Source: Algoriphagus sp. (GTDB lineage Bacteria; Bacteroidota; Bacteroidia; Cytophagales; Cyclobacteriaceae). From it: a stretch of 54,144 nt of DNA. The translations under genes were made by a program, and so were the position numbers. The stretch spans positions 1 to 54,144 of the forward strand of contig NZ_JAHEBC010000001.1 of assembly GCF_024642405.1 (NCBI RefSeq). The letters run 5' to 3'. Position 1 is the stretch's first letter. Each line of letters opens with the position of its first letter. Shown here piece after piece: positions 18,992-29,585 of this stretch. The notes beneath the pieces were generated by a model that was not told the origin of the DNA, searched no databases, and worked only from the letters and a program-made list of their open reading frames with translations.

Positions 18992-19969
18992 TTAAAAATG
19001 GCTTTTAGAATCTATCATGATATTAGAGGACAATGTGCCTTTAGCAAAGTTAAAACCTGGGTGCACTGCGTATGCGCCGAATTCCCCATCTTTGTTGATC
19101 GCCAAGAAACCTGCTTGAAGATCATTAATGTTATCATTTTTGGAAATTAATCTTTTTACAGCTTCTTCGCATGCCTCTTGTGGTGTTCTTCCCTGCCTCA
19201 TCAATTCTACAATTAGAAAACTTCCACAAATTTTTATGATAGACTCTCCCAAACCAGTAGCGGTAGCAGCCCCAACTTCATTGTCAACATAGAGCCCAGC
19301 TCCAATTATTGGACTATCTCCTACCCTTCCATGCATTTTATAAGCTAAACCACTAGTGGTACAACTTCCAGCTAAATTACCATTAGAATCAATTCCAATC
19401 ATACCAATCGTATCATGATTCTCTATGTTGATAATAGGTTTATATTTACTGTTGATTTTCCATTTCTCGTAAGCCGCCTTGGCGTTTGGGCTTAATTCCT
19501 CCTTTTCTATTGGGAACCCTTCTGCAATAGCAAGCTGCCTCGCTCCTTCTCCCACTATCATCACATGAGGGGTCTTTTCCATTACAACTCTTGCTAATGA
19601 AATAGGATGTTTAACTTGCCTGACAAATGCTACTGACCCACAAGAGCCATCCCCGGTCATAATTGATGCATCCAAAGTAGTTATACCTTCTCTATCAGGT
19701 AATCCTTGCAATCCTACTGAAAGGTTACTCAAATCTAATTCAGTATCCATTACACCAGTTTCCATGGCATCTAGGATACTTCCAGTTTCTTTATATTTGG
19801 AAATTGCAGCGGCATTTGCCGGCAATCCATGATTCCAAGTGGATAAAATCAAAGGTTTTTCGCCAATCAGTATTTCTTTCGGCGAATTTTTAAATGCATT
19901 AGCAACACTTGGTAAAAATATGGCAGAACCCAAAATGGACTTCTTTATAAACTTTCTTCTTTCAGACAT
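18992..19969 (-). CDS. N4-(beta-N-acetylglucosaminyl)-L-asparaginase (Ntn hydrolase), Tat-exported
   Basis: Start MSERRKFIKKS (twin-arginine) at 19969; STWNHG, LDASIM, HD|TIGM autocleavage site, GRVGDSPIIGAG. Confidence 0.92.
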   Translation of the reverse strand: MSERRKFIKKSILGSAIFLPSVANAFKNSPKEILIGEKPLILSTWNHGLPANAAAISKYKETGSILDAMETGVMDTELDLSNLSVGLQGLPDREGITTLDASIMTGDGSCGSVAFVRQVKHPISLARVVMEKTPHVMIVGEGARQLAIAEGFPIEKEELSPNAKAAYEKWKINSKYKPIINIENHDTIGMIGIDSNGNLAGSCTTSGLAYKMHGRVGDSPIIGAGLYVDNEVGAATATGLGESIIKICGSFLIVELMRQGRTPQEACEEAVKRLISKNDNINDLQAGFLAINKDGEFGAYAVHPGFNFAKGTLSSNIMIDSKSHF

Positions 19970-20055
19970 AAAACTTAATTTGGGACAAGGCATGAAATTA
20001 TTAAAAATGCCTTTAAAAAAGCGAATCTTCCTACAATTCATTCACAAAAACTATC

Positions 20056-20820
20056 ATGATGAGACCATATATTTTAAAAGAGGCTAGCTGGAAAAACCTA
20101 AAAACAGATCGCTTTGAATTAGCAATTCTACCTTGGGGAGCAACTGAAGCTCATAACTATCACATGCCTTACGGAACTGACGTTTATGAAGCGGATGCAG
20201 TGGCTGAAGAAAGTGGTAGAAAAGCCTGGGCAAAAGGCGCAAATATAATTGTATTACCTACCATTCCATTTGGAGTAAATACAGGCCAATCAGATATTTA
20301 TTTGGATATGAATTTAAACCCAAGTACCCAATTAGCTATACTTAGAGATTTAATTGAAGTATTAAATCGACAAGGTTTGAAAAAACTCTTGATCGTAAAT
20401 AGCCATGGAGGAAATGACTTTAAAACTATGCTTCGTGAATTAGGTCTTTCATTTCCTGAAATGTTGCTTTTCACATGTAATTGGTTCCAGGCTTTGGATA
20501 AGGATAAATATTTTGAAGAAAAAGGAGACCATGCTGATGAAATGGAAACTTCCTTAATCATGCATCTACAACCACATTTAATTTCCCCATTGGAAGAGGC
20601 TGGAAATGGCGAAGAAAAGAAATCTGTTATTACAGGCCTCCGTGAAAAATGGGCTTGGGCTGAAAGAAAATGGTCTGAAGTAACCGAGGATACTGGAATA
20701 GGAAATCCAAAAAAAGCCTCCCCTGAAAAAGGAAGGCTTTATTTTGAAGATGTAACTGATAAAGTAGCAGAATTGATGGTTGAAATTTGCCAAGCTGAAC
20801 CAGGAAAACTCTATAAATAA
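20056..20820 (+). CDS. Creatininase family amidohydrolase
   Basis: LPWGATEAH..H.P.GTD, VNSHGGN, HADEMETS. Confidence 0.92.
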   Translation: MMRPYILKEASWKNLKTDRFELAILPWGATEAHNYHMPYGTDVYEADAVAEESGRKAWAKGANIIVLPTIPFGVNTGQSDIYLDMNLNPSTQLAILRDLIEVLNRQGLKKLLIVNSHGGNDFKTMLRELGLSFPEMLLFTCNWFQALDKDKYFEEKGDHADEMETSLIMHLQPHLISPLEEAGNGEEKKSVITGLREKWAWAERKWSEVTEDTGIGNPKKASPEKGRLYFEDVTDKVAELMVEICQAEPGKLYK

Positions 20821-23800
20821 TTAGTTGAGGGAATTCAGTTCAATTTCTTTTACTTGACCTTTATAATCAATGGTTTTAATTCCTTTAATTCCAGCAGGAA
20901 TAATTATTTCCCGACTGGGTTGAGAAAGAAAACCTTCTCCTAGGCTGGTATCGAATCTTTGAGTTTTACCATTACCTAAATCAAAAATAACAGCCATAAC
21001 ATCCAAATTTGGTCTTATGGTTTTATTTGCAAATTCTACCTGTTGAAATGCCTTTAATTTACCTCTATTTTGAGATGCAATTAAAAGATGATCTCCTTCA
21101 GCAGATCCAAGACTTACTAATGCTTTTCCATCCCCTGGCACAAGAAAACCGCTTTCTTTTGCACTGACTGGTGTAAAACCTCCTGTGCCGTCTCCTTCTA
21201 AAATCAATCCGATGTGCGCATCCAATTTCCCAACAAAAATCTCATTGCCATAGTCGTTTCCAATAAGTGCTAAATCTAAAAATCCATCCTTATTAAAATC
21301 TTCTGAAACCAGTCCATTTATTGGGCCAACTTGAGCTAGGCGCGGCAAAGGTTTCAACCGGAATTTTCCGTTTCCTAAATTCTCTACGTAAGCTGAATTA
21401 TCGTAATTACCTGTCAAAATTAAAGCGCCTTCCTTTTCTTGCGGAGTTAACAAGTCTTGTTCAGTACTTAATGCATATGTTTTATAGCGCTCATATTTTC
21501 TCCTAAACAAAGTACTTTGACCATATAAATCCCCCCAAAAATGGCTCGGATATGATTTATAATTACCTTCTCGATCCTTATAAAATGCAAAAGTGACAGG
21601 GTCTACACTTCCATTATTGTCGAAATCTTTGGCATATACTTTAACAGGCATTTCAGGGCTAGGATTTTGAGGGTTATTTGCTCCGAGGTTTCCGATAACA
21701 AAATCCGAATCTCCATCTTGATCAAAATCTCCGGAAATTATTGAATTCCACCATCCGAGATAGTTCTCCAAACCTGTATTTTCTAATTTGGTAAATTCTC
21801 CTCCATTATTCTTGAAAACTGTGATAGCCATCAATTCACCAACTACCACTAAATCAACTTGTCCGTCAGAATCAATATCTGACCAGATAGCATCGGTAAC
21901 CATCCCTATATTCCTTAAATCTGGAGCCAAATCATCAGTCAAATCTTCAAGTATTCCATTATTATTTTTAAGAAGAAAACTTTTCTCTGGCAAAGGATAA
22001 TTACCCATTGGAGTTCTTCCTCCAACAAAAAGATCCATAAACCCATCCCCATCAAAATCAGCTCCTCTTACGGCAGAGCCACTTGCCTTAATACCTGAAA
22101 AATCCTTATCTAATGTGAAATTTCCTTTTCCATCATTCAAATAAATCCTATCAGTATATTCAGCAGATTCTGGAAGAAATTCATTGCTTCCACTTACTAA
22201 GTATAAATCCAGATCTTTATCATTATCCAGATCAAACAAGAGCATTCCCATTTCTTCAAAAACAGGATTTTCTCCACTTAGAATATCAACTTCTGAAAAT
22301 CCTCCATCTTGATTTTGAAAAAATGCTTTTGGAAAATACCCGCTTGAGGACCCTACAATCAAATCTTCCAACTCATCTCCATTAATATCTCCTACTGCTA
22401 AACTCGGCCCATATTGAGAAAGCTTATGTGGAATTGTACGTTGTGTGTAAAAATCTATTTTATCGTCCTCTTGATGCAAATAATTTAGTCCACTGATTTC
22501 GGTAATATCTCTAAATATTTTAGCCTTTTCATTAAAATCTATGATAGCCTTTTGATGCAACCCTGAAATTGACTCACCATAATTTAATAACAACACCTGA
22601 TTAACAGGTACATTTGTCAGTTTTTGTTCTTTTCCATCAGGCCAAATAATAGAAACTTCTGAAGCTTCATCTTCAGACCCTAAACCAAAATGCATAATTG
22701 GGTCAATGGAAGACATATATCCCCTTACAATTTGTTGCTCTTGGTAGAGTCTATTCCCATTTCCTAGTTTGATAGATATTTTAGAACCCAACCCATTAGG
22801 ATTTTCTTTGGTACCTTTTAGGCTGATTCTGATATAATTACCTTTTTCTTTTGATTCTGATAATTTGTTTTCAAAAACGAATGCCGGATCATTGATATTA
22901 TTGACTAAATAGTCTAGATCACCATCCAAATCCAAATCTACCAATGCTGCTCCATTGGAAAATGAAGGTTTATTTAATCCCCATTCAGCGCTTTTATCTT
23001 CGAAAGCTAATTCACCAGAGTTCCGGAATGCATAATTAGGAATCTTCACAATAGGAATTGAATCCAACAATTGTCGAACAGTGGCTATACTCCCTACATC
23101 CGCACGGTAGTTTGCAAAATCCTTGTCTGTAATATCTCTAGGGAAGCCATTAGTTACCAAAAGATCTCTCATTCCATCATTATCAACATCTCCAAACAAA
23201 GGTGCCCAACTCCAATCCGTCTGATAAACACCTGCCATCATCCCAACTTCACTAAATGGAACCCCAGGCCCATTATTCATATGAAGCATATTCCTTACAT
23301 ATTGGTACTCATAGCCCCATTGCTCATTATTAATATAAGTCTGATAAGCATTATTTCCGATGGTAGTTTTCTTTCTATAATTACCTTCTCCCAGCATATC
23401 CAAAGTGAAAATATCGGGAAGCCCATCATTGTTAAAATCCGAAATATCTGAGCCCATGGAGAATTGACTTTGGTGTCTTAGATTCTCACTTATTTTATTA
23501 CTAAAAGTACCATCTTGGTTATTAATGTATAATAGATCATTCGTTACATAATCATTGCTAACATGAATATCCGGCCAACCGTCATTGTTCAAATCAGCAA
23601 TCAACAATCCAAGTCCGAATCCTTCAATGGTTATCCCAGCCTCAATTGTGATATTGGTGAATGTTCCATCACCATTATTTCTATAGAATGCATCATTGTT
23701 AATAGCAGTACCATCAACGATTTTCTCCCGGTAATTACTAGGAGTAACTTTACTTTGCTCATTATTCAGCACATAAAGATCCAAGTCTCCATCCAAATCA

Positions 23801-24342
23801 TAATCAATAAATGCTGCTCCCATTCCGTTTCCAGCATCAGCAATACCATATTGACTAGCCATTTCTTCAAAAGAAACATTTCCATCTTTATCGACTCCTT
23901 TGTTTACAAAAAGAAGATTATTTCGTTGACCAGGGCCTTTCATCATAGCAGCTGCTACATAAATATCCATGAGCCCATCACCATTAATATCTATAGCAGT
24001 AGTTCCTGTACACCATCTATCACTTGCCTCAATCCCGGCAATGCTCGATATATCCCTGAATTTAAAGTTCCCCTGATTCAAGAAAAGTTTATTAGCCACC
24101 TGATTCCCTGTAAAAAAAACATCCGGGAAACCATTATTGTCAAAATCAGCAATGGCCATTCCACCTCCATTGAAAATATATTCATCCGTCAGAATATTGA
24201 AAGAATCAGTTTCAACTATAGTGTTTGAGAATGTAATCCCTGTAGATTCTGGAGATTTTAATTCGAATAAGGTAGACTCTTTTTTACAGGAGGAAAATGC
24301 AAAAAGCATAACTCCCAAAAAGAGAAGGCACTGGGATTTCAT
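20821..24342 (-). CDS. CRTAC1-like lipoprotein with FG-GAP/VCBS repeats and ASPIC/UnbV domain
   Basis: Lipobox FSSC; many DFD/NDG..D repeats; GYMSS....MHFGLG...I.WPDG ASPIC/UnbV signature. Confidence 0.9.
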   Translation of the reverse strand: MKSQCLLFLGVMLFAFSSCKKESTLFELKSPESTGITFSNTIVETDSFNILTDEYIFNGGGMAIADFDNNGFPDVFFTGNQVANKLFLNQGNFKFRDISSIAGIEASDRWCTGTTAIDINGDGLMDIYVAAAMMKGPGQRNNLLFVNKGVDKDGNVSFEEMASQYGIADAGNGMGAAFIDYDLDGDLDLYVLNNEQSKVTPSNYREKIVDGTAINNDAFYRNNGDGTFTNITIEAGITIEGFGLGLLIADLNNDGWPDIHVSNDYVTNDLLYINNQDGTFSNKISENLRHQSQFSMGSDISDFNNDGLPDIFTLDMLGEGNYRKKTTIGNNAYQTYINNEQWGYEYQYVRNMLHMNNGPGVPFSEVGMMAGVYQTDWSWAPLFGDVDNDGMRDLLVTNGFPRDITDKDFANYRADVGSIATVRQLLDSIPIVKIPNYAFRNSGELAFEDKSAEWGLNKPSFSNGAALVDLDLDGDLDYLVNNINDPAFVFENKLSESKEKGNYIRISLKGTKENPNGLGSKISIKLGNGNRLYQEQQIVRGYMSSIDPIMHFGLGSEDEASEVSIIWPDGKEQKLTNVPVNQVLLLNYGESISGLHQKAIIDFNEKAKIFRDITEISGLNYLHQEDDKIDFYTQRTIPHKLSQYGPSLAVGDINGDELEDLIVGSSSGYFPKAFFQNQDGGFSEVDILSGENPVFEEMGMLLFDLDNDKDLDLYLVSGSNEFLPESAEYTDRIYLNDGKGNFTLDKDFSGIKASGSAVRGADFDGDGFMDLFVGGRTPMGNYPLPEKSFLLKNNNGILEDLTDDLAPDLRNIGMVTDAIWSDIDSDGQVDLVVVGELMAITVFKNNGGEFTKLENTGLENYLGWWNSIISGDFDQDGDSDFVIGNLGANNPQNPSPEMPVKVYAKDFDNNGSVDPVTFAFYKDREGNYKSYPSHFWGDLYGQSTLFRRKYERYKTYALSTEQDLLTPQEKEGALILTGNYDNSAYVENLGNGKFRLKPLPRLAQVGPINGLVSEDFNKDGFLDLALIGNDYGNEIFVGKLDAHIGLILEGDGTGGFTPVSAKESGFLVPGDGKALVSLGSAEGDHLLIASQNRGKLKAFQQVEFANKTIRPNLDVMAVIFDLGNGKTQRFDTSLGEGFLSQPSREIIIPAGIKGIKTIDYKGQVKEIELNSLN

Positions 24343-24432
24343 AATGTTTTTTGATTGGGTTATGGATCGGTCAAATTAGCATTTTTGAAATATATGAGAA
24401 AAGAATTTTACAATTTAAATCCTCATTAAAAC

Positions 24433-24463
24433 AAAAAGAGAAGGTCAATGACCTTCTCTTTTT
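24433..24463 (-). terminator. Terminator/stabilising hairpin after susD
   Basis: AAAAAGAGAAGGTC-aat-GACCTTCTCTTTTT. Confidence 0.85.
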
Positions 24464-24483
24464 TATTAAAATTCCAAAGAAAA

Positions 24484-26214
24484 TTAGAACCCAGGATTCT
24501 GAATAAGAATATCAGAACCTACTAAGTCAATTTGATCTTGAGGAATCGGTACATATTTAAATTTATCAGAATAAGATGCTCCACCAAGAGCAGCTGCTAA
24601 GAGCTGGCCATCCAAGGCAAAATAGAAATCAAGTTCTTCCTTAGCGGTATTCCATCTAACTAAATCATAGAATCTATGTCCTTCCATACCAAGCTCAAGC
24701 AATCTTTCCATTCTCACAGCTCTTCTTGCTAGATCAGCATCAGACCAAGGAGAATCATAAGTTGAAATAACATAATTAGCAGCCATATCACCACTTTCTC
24801 TTTCAAGTTTAGAGTTAATAGCTCTTGTTCTAACTAAGTTCACATACTCTCTAGCTTTCTCAAGTCCACCTGTCTCTATTTCAGCTTCTGCAGCCATCAA
24901 AAGAACATCAGCAAATCTGATAATCATAAAGTTGATTCCAGTATAACCTGGAGTCCATGAACTGTTATCTTGGAAAGATCCCTCTTCAGATTTAGCATAT
25001 ACATACTTTCTTGGAGAGTATGGTCCACCATTTGGCTGATTTCTAATCCAAGCAGCGCCTGGATGATCTTGCCAATCAAGATATGGAATACCTCTTCTAC
25101 CTACAGTATGATCAAGTCTAGGATCAAGCGGGCCAGCGTCTGGAGTAAATGGATCCCCTGAAACAAGTCCCATGTCATTTTTCACACGATTTGCAGGGTC
25201 ATTGTAAGACTTATCCAGCAATGGAAGTCCATTAGCCGTTCTAAATGCATTTACAAATGTAAAACTAGGCTGGAAGAATCCACAACAGTTACCTGGACCA
25301 GAAGGGCCTGTATTGTAAGGGAAGTTCAAGTCAAACTCAGGGTTAGCATTATTCACCGAACCTGTACCTGCTGCAGACTGATAAGCCCAAACAGACTCTT
25401 GATGATTATCATTCACGCCTCGGAACATATCATCATAATAATCTACTAGACCATACTTCAATCCATTACTAGTAACACCGTTTGCTATTACATCATCAAA
25501 CATAGCCTTAGCAGCTCCGAATTTACCTTGGTAAAGTAAAATTTTACCCATGTAAGCTTTCGCAGCCCATGAATTAACCCGACCTACCTGAGCTTGAGTT
25601 GGAGCAAGATTATTGATAGCATATTGCATATCAGCTTCAATAAAAGGCCATAAGTCCTGATTGTTACTGATCTCTTCAAGACCGTTGCCATAATCTACTG
25701 TTTCGTCTACATAAGGAGTATTGTTATAATCCCTTTTCAATTCAAAATAGAAATGTCCTCTTAAGAAACGTGCTTGTGCTGATATTCTAGTTTTATCAGC
25801 CTCTGTAACATCCTCCTGAGCACTTTCAAGAAGTCTCAATACATTATTTGCACGAGCAATCCCCTCATAAGCTACGTTCCACTTTGAACCCATGTCACCA
25901 CCAGCTGCATTGTTTTCAAAACGCTGAATAGGGTTGATTGTGGTAAAATCACCAGGGTCAGTACCCTTATTTGCTTCACCACCACGAATACTTCCCCAAA
26001 CCCAGTTGGATGGTGATCCTAATCTGTTACCTCTACCGTTAACTTGCGAATACGCCGCAATCAGTGAAGCTTCGATACCTGCAAGTGAAGTAAGCTGTGC
26101 TTCCGCAAGTAAACCTGTGGGTGGCACATCTAGAAAATCATCACTACAGCTTACAGCCACCATCATAATTGCTGATGACAATAACGCTCCGATTTTTAAT
26201 TTATAATTCTTCAT
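24484..26214 (-). CDS. RagB/SusD family nutrient-binding lipoprotein
   Basis: Lipobox AVSC-SDDFLD, ARFLRGHFYF, IRFADVLLMAAEA, ERLLELGMEGHRFYDLVRW, QNPGF. Confidence 0.96.
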   Translation of the reverse strand: MKNYKLKIGALLSSAIMMVAVSCSDDFLDVPPTGLLAEAQLTSLAGIEASLIAAYSQVNGRGNRLGSPSNWVWGSIRGGEANKGTDPGDFTTINPIQRFENNAAGGDMGSKWNVAYEGIARANNVLRLLESAQEDVTEADKTRISAQARFLRGHFYFELKRDYNNTPYVDETVDYGNGLEEISNNQDLWPFIEADMQYAINNLAPTQAQVGRVNSWAAKAYMGKILLYQGKFGAAKAMFDDVIANGVTSNGLKYGLVDYYDDMFRGVNDNHQESVWAYQSAAGTGSVNNANPEFDLNFPYNTGPSGPGNCCGFFQPSFTFVNAFRTANGLPLLDKSYNDPANRVKNDMGLVSGDPFTPDAGPLDPRLDHTVGRRGIPYLDWQDHPGAAWIRNQPNGGPYSPRKYVYAKSEEGSFQDNSSWTPGYTGINFMIIRFADVLLMAAEAEIETGGLEKAREYVNLVRTRAINSKLERESGDMAANYVISTYDSPWSDADLARRAVRMERLLELGMEGHRFYDLVRWNTAKEELDFYFALDGQLLAAALGGASYSDKFKYVPIPQDQIDLVGSDILIQNPGF

Positions 26215-26265
26215 TTTTTTTAATCAATTATAGTTTCTATAACTCGATTTTCTCTTTTGTGTTTC

Positions 26266-29200
26266 TTAGAAACTAAGATTTACACCAAAAGTATAACCTC
26301 TAGTAACTGGATAGTTACCTACGTCGATACCAAAGCTTAAATCTGCGTCTCCACCAACAGCTGGGTCAAGTCCAGAATAACCAGAAATTGTGAACAAGTT
26401 ATTTGCTGAAGCAAAAACTCTAACTCTTTCCATTCTCCATCTTTCCAACAAAGAAGCTGGAAGGGTATATCCTAAACTAACGTTTTGTAACCTTAAGTAA
26501 GATCCATCTTCAACGTAGAATGAATTCGCTACGTTAGATGTTGAGAAGTTTGAAGTCTTTTCAACAACTGGAATTTCTGCATCTAAATTTTCAGGAGTCC
26601 AAGCTTGCTTTAAACGCTCAGAAATCGCAGCTCCTTCAAATGTCTGGAAGAAGTCTGTAAACCACTTAGACTGATTCCAGATTTCGTTTCCGATAGATGT
26701 ATAGAAATAAGCAGATAAATCTAATCCTTTATATCCTACAGTAAAGTTCAATCCACCAGTGAAATCTGGAACTGGATTACCAAGAACAACACGATCATCA
26801 GGAGTAATTACACCATCATTGTTAGCATCTCTAAACTTGAAACGTCCAGGAGCAGCTCCATCTTGAGTTGCGTGGCTAGAAACATCTTCAGCATTTCTAA
26901 ATAACCCTTCTACGTCATATCCAAAGAAAGTAGAAAGTGGCTCTCCCACTTGATTTCTAATTGGAGTAATACCACGATAAGCAGGGTTAACGGAAGTGAT
27001 GATATCCAAACCTGGTGCTAGAGAAACAATCTCATTTTTCAAAGTGGATGCCGTCACTGTCAATTCGTAAGTGAATTCACTAGAAAGATTTCCTCTTGTA
27101 GAAACAAATAAGTCCAATCCTCTGTTCAACATCTCTCCAATGTTAACTGCCGGAGGAGCTGCATTAGATCCTGCTGTTTGTGGAATTGGAACTGTAAAGA
27201 GCAAGTCTTTAGTATCCTTTTTCCACCAATCAAAAATCACATCCAAACGTCCATTGAAGAATGTACCGTCAAATCCAATATTTTGAGTTACAGCTGTTTC
27301 CCACTGTGCATTAGGGTTACCAATTCTAGTTCTTCTAAATCCGATTAATGCAGAAGAGTTAGATCCACTGATGTCATAAGAAGATGCTCCAACATTACCA
27401 CCAAATAGTGAGTATTGGTTGTTAGGATCTACGTTATTGGAGTTACCCATTTGACCCCAACCACCTCTAATCTTCAAATCATCAATCCAGGTATTACCTG
27501 ATAAGAAACCTTCAGATGAAAGTCTCCAAGCGGCAGAAAATGCAGGGAACACACCATATCTGGCATTAGCTCCAAATCTTGAAGAACCATCTCTTCTAAC
27601 CACAGCACTAAGTAAATACTTATCGTTGTAGGTATAGTTAAGCCTTCCGAAATAAGAATTAAAATTAACTCCTTTGTACAAATCTGAATTAACTTGTCTT
27701 GAGGAAACTGGTAGGTTTGAAATATTGATGAAGTCAGGATCTCTTGAAAATGGATTCTGTCCTGAGGCACTCATATTTCTACCCGCTCCTGTATTTAAGG
27801 CCTCTTGACCTAAAATCACATCAAACGAATGCTTGTCAAATACTTTTTTGTAAGACACTGTATTGGTGAATGTCCAACCAAATACAAATCCTGCTCCTTC
27901 ATTGTAACCAAACGCTGAGTTATTTTCAGAGTTTTCATACTGAAGTCTAGAATAGCCCCAGAAGTAGTAGTTGTTATACTGACCTCCGATGGAAGTTCTG
28001 AAAGTCAAATCATCAATGATATCATACTCAGCATAAATGTTTCCAAATACATTGGCGTTGAAGTTTCTGTTGTCGATTTGACCGTCTCTGTTAGCCACTG
28101 GGTTTCTTGGGTTGTTAAAACCTCTTGCCGCAGTACCACCATATCCACCAAACTCATCATACACTGGAATGATAGAAGGCATCCTAAATGCCTGAAGAAT
28201 ATCGTTTTCATCATCTGATACACCTCTACCACCTGTACCACCTTGCTGGCCAAGTACTTGGCGATAGGTAGCCTGGAAGTTTTCACCTATTCTTAATTTA
28301 TTGGTCACATCAAATTCAGAATTTGCTCTTAAAGAGTATCTCTTAAATTCGTTTCCGATCATAATACCTGCTTGCTCTTGGAAACCAAGACCAATAAAGA
28401 ATCTGCTTGTTTCAGAACCACCATTCAAACCTATAGAATGTCTGTTAAGAGGAGCATTTCTTGTCAAGGCATCATACCAATCAGTACCCTCGCCAGTTGC
28501 AGCTCTAACCACTTGGTATATTGCGCCTTTTGAAGGATCAATGTTATATTTTGCTCTTTCTTCTTCTAACTGAGCAGCGGAAAATGGTCCAGGTACACCA
28601 GAAGCTCCGCCTACGTTAATATAATAAGGCAATACAGGAGATGATCCAGATCCAAATTGTGGGTGACCATAAGCTGGAGCACGACCATCAATAATTGCTT
28701 GATTTGTCTCTGCAAGCCATGTATACTGAGCGAAGTCCTGTGGATTCATCATATCCAAGCCCTTGCCTGGTGTGGTTACACCATACATACCATTATAATC
28801 AACACGGATTTTCTGATTTCCTCTTCGACCTCTTTTAGTAGTGTAAATGATTACACCGTTAGCAGCTCGAGCTCCATATATTGAGGCAGCAGCAGCATCT
28901 TTCAAAACTGTTGTTGAAGCAATATCATCAGGATTTAGAAAGTCAGTTGAACCTACAGGAACACCATCAACTACATAAAGTGGCTCATTACCACCGAATG
29001 CACCAAAACCCCTTACACGAATAATAGAAGAAGTACCTGGCTGACCGTTAGTAATTACCGTCACACCTGATACCCGTCCTTGAAGGGTTTGTTCTACGTT
29101 ACCAGTAGGAATAATAGTCAAATCTTTAGGGTCTACGGTTGCAATGGCACCAGTAGTCTCCCTTCTACTGTCAATTGTATAACCCGTTACAACTAGCTCT

Positions 29201-29514
29201 GTCAGTGTAGTTTCATCCGGAGTCATTTTGACATCAATAATACTTCTGTTTCCGACAGACTGCTCTATAGCAGTATAGCCGATAAATGAGAAGACCAAAA
29301 CAGCTTGGTCATTTGGGACATTGAGGGAAAATTTTCCATCAATATCAGTGGCGGTACCTGTAGTTGTCCCTTTCACAAGAACAGAAACTCCTGGAAGTCC
29401 TACATCATACTCGTCCAAAACAGTTCCAGTTACGGTTTTTTGTGCAAAAGCTGCCGCACTGGAAAGAACTAAGAGCATTATTAGGGCACTTAGACTTTTG
29501 TAAACATTTTTCAT
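26266..29514 (-). CDS. SusC/RagA TonB-dependent transporter
   Basis: GT.TDIDG.F, PLYVVDG, VLKDAAAASIYGARAANGVI.YTTK, EDGSYLRL, C-terminal F; start at ATG 29514 (MKNVYK) preferred. Confidence 0.97.
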   Translation of the reverse strand: MKNVYKSLSALIMLLVLSSAAAFAQKTVTGTVLDEYDVGLPGVSVLVKGTTTGTATDIDGKFSLNVPNDQAVLVFSFIGYTAIEQSVGNRSIIDVKMTPDETTLTELVVTGYTIDSRRETTGAIATVDPKDLTIIPTGNVEQTLQGRVSGVTVITNGQPGTSSIIRVRGFGAFGGNEPLYVVDGVPVGSTDFLNPDDIASTTVLKDAAAASIYGARAANGVIIYTTKRGRRGNQKIRVDYNGMYGVTTPGKGLDMMNPQDFAQYTWLAETNQAIIDGRAPAYGHPQFGSGSSPVLPYYINVGGASGVPGPFSAAQLEEERAKYNIDPSKGAIYQVVRAATGEGTDWYDALTRNAPLNRHSIGLNGGSETSRFFIGLGFQEQAGIMIGNEFKRYSLRANSEFDVTNKLRIGENFQATYRQVLGQQGGTGGRGVSDDENDILQAFRMPSIIPVYDEFGGYGGTAARGFNNPRNPVANRDGQIDNRNFNANVFGNIYAEYDIIDDLTFRTSIGGQYNNYYFWGYSRLQYENSENNSAFGYNEGAGFVFGWTFTNTVSYKKVFDKHSFDVILGQEALNTGAGRNMSASGQNPFSRDPDFINISNLPVSSRQVNSDLYKGVNFNSYFGRLNYTYNDKYLLSAVVRRDGSSRFGANARYGVFPAFSAAWRLSSEGFLSGNTWIDDLKIRGGWGQMGNSNNVDPNNQYSLFGGNVGASSYDISGSNSSALIGFRRTRIGNPNAQWETAVTQNIGFDGTFFNGRLDVIFDWWKKDTKDLLFTVPIPQTAGSNAAPPAVNIGEMLNRGLDLFVSTRGNLSSEFTYELTVTASTLKNEIVSLAPGLDIITSVNPAYRGITPIRNQVGEPLSTFFGYDVEGLFRNAEDVSSHATQDGAAPGRFKFRDANNDGVITPDDRVVLGNPVPDFTGGLNFTVGYKGLDLSAYFYTSIGNEIWNQSKWFTDFFQTFEGAAISERLKQAWTPENLDAEIPVVEKTSNFSTSNVANSFYVEDGSYLRLQNVSLGYTLPASLLERWRMERVRVFASANNLFTISGYSGLDPAVGGDADLSFGIDVGNYPVTRGYTFGVNLSF

Positions 29515-29573
29515 AAACATAGATAGATTGGGTAACAAGATTAATTGTAAATACTTGTTTTTCAATTGTAAAT

Positions 29574-29585
29574 GCAATCGATTGC
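29574..29585. promoter_or_regulatory. LacI-family-like operator
   Basis: Perfect palindrome GCAATCGATTGC with central CG; related site GCAATCGTTTTG at 29744-29755. Confidence 0.55.

Noticed and set aside
23071-24379. Plus-strand ORFs of 126, 221 and 80 aa
   Set aside because: Antisense shadows of the FG-GAP gene; Ile/Ser-rich with no motifs.
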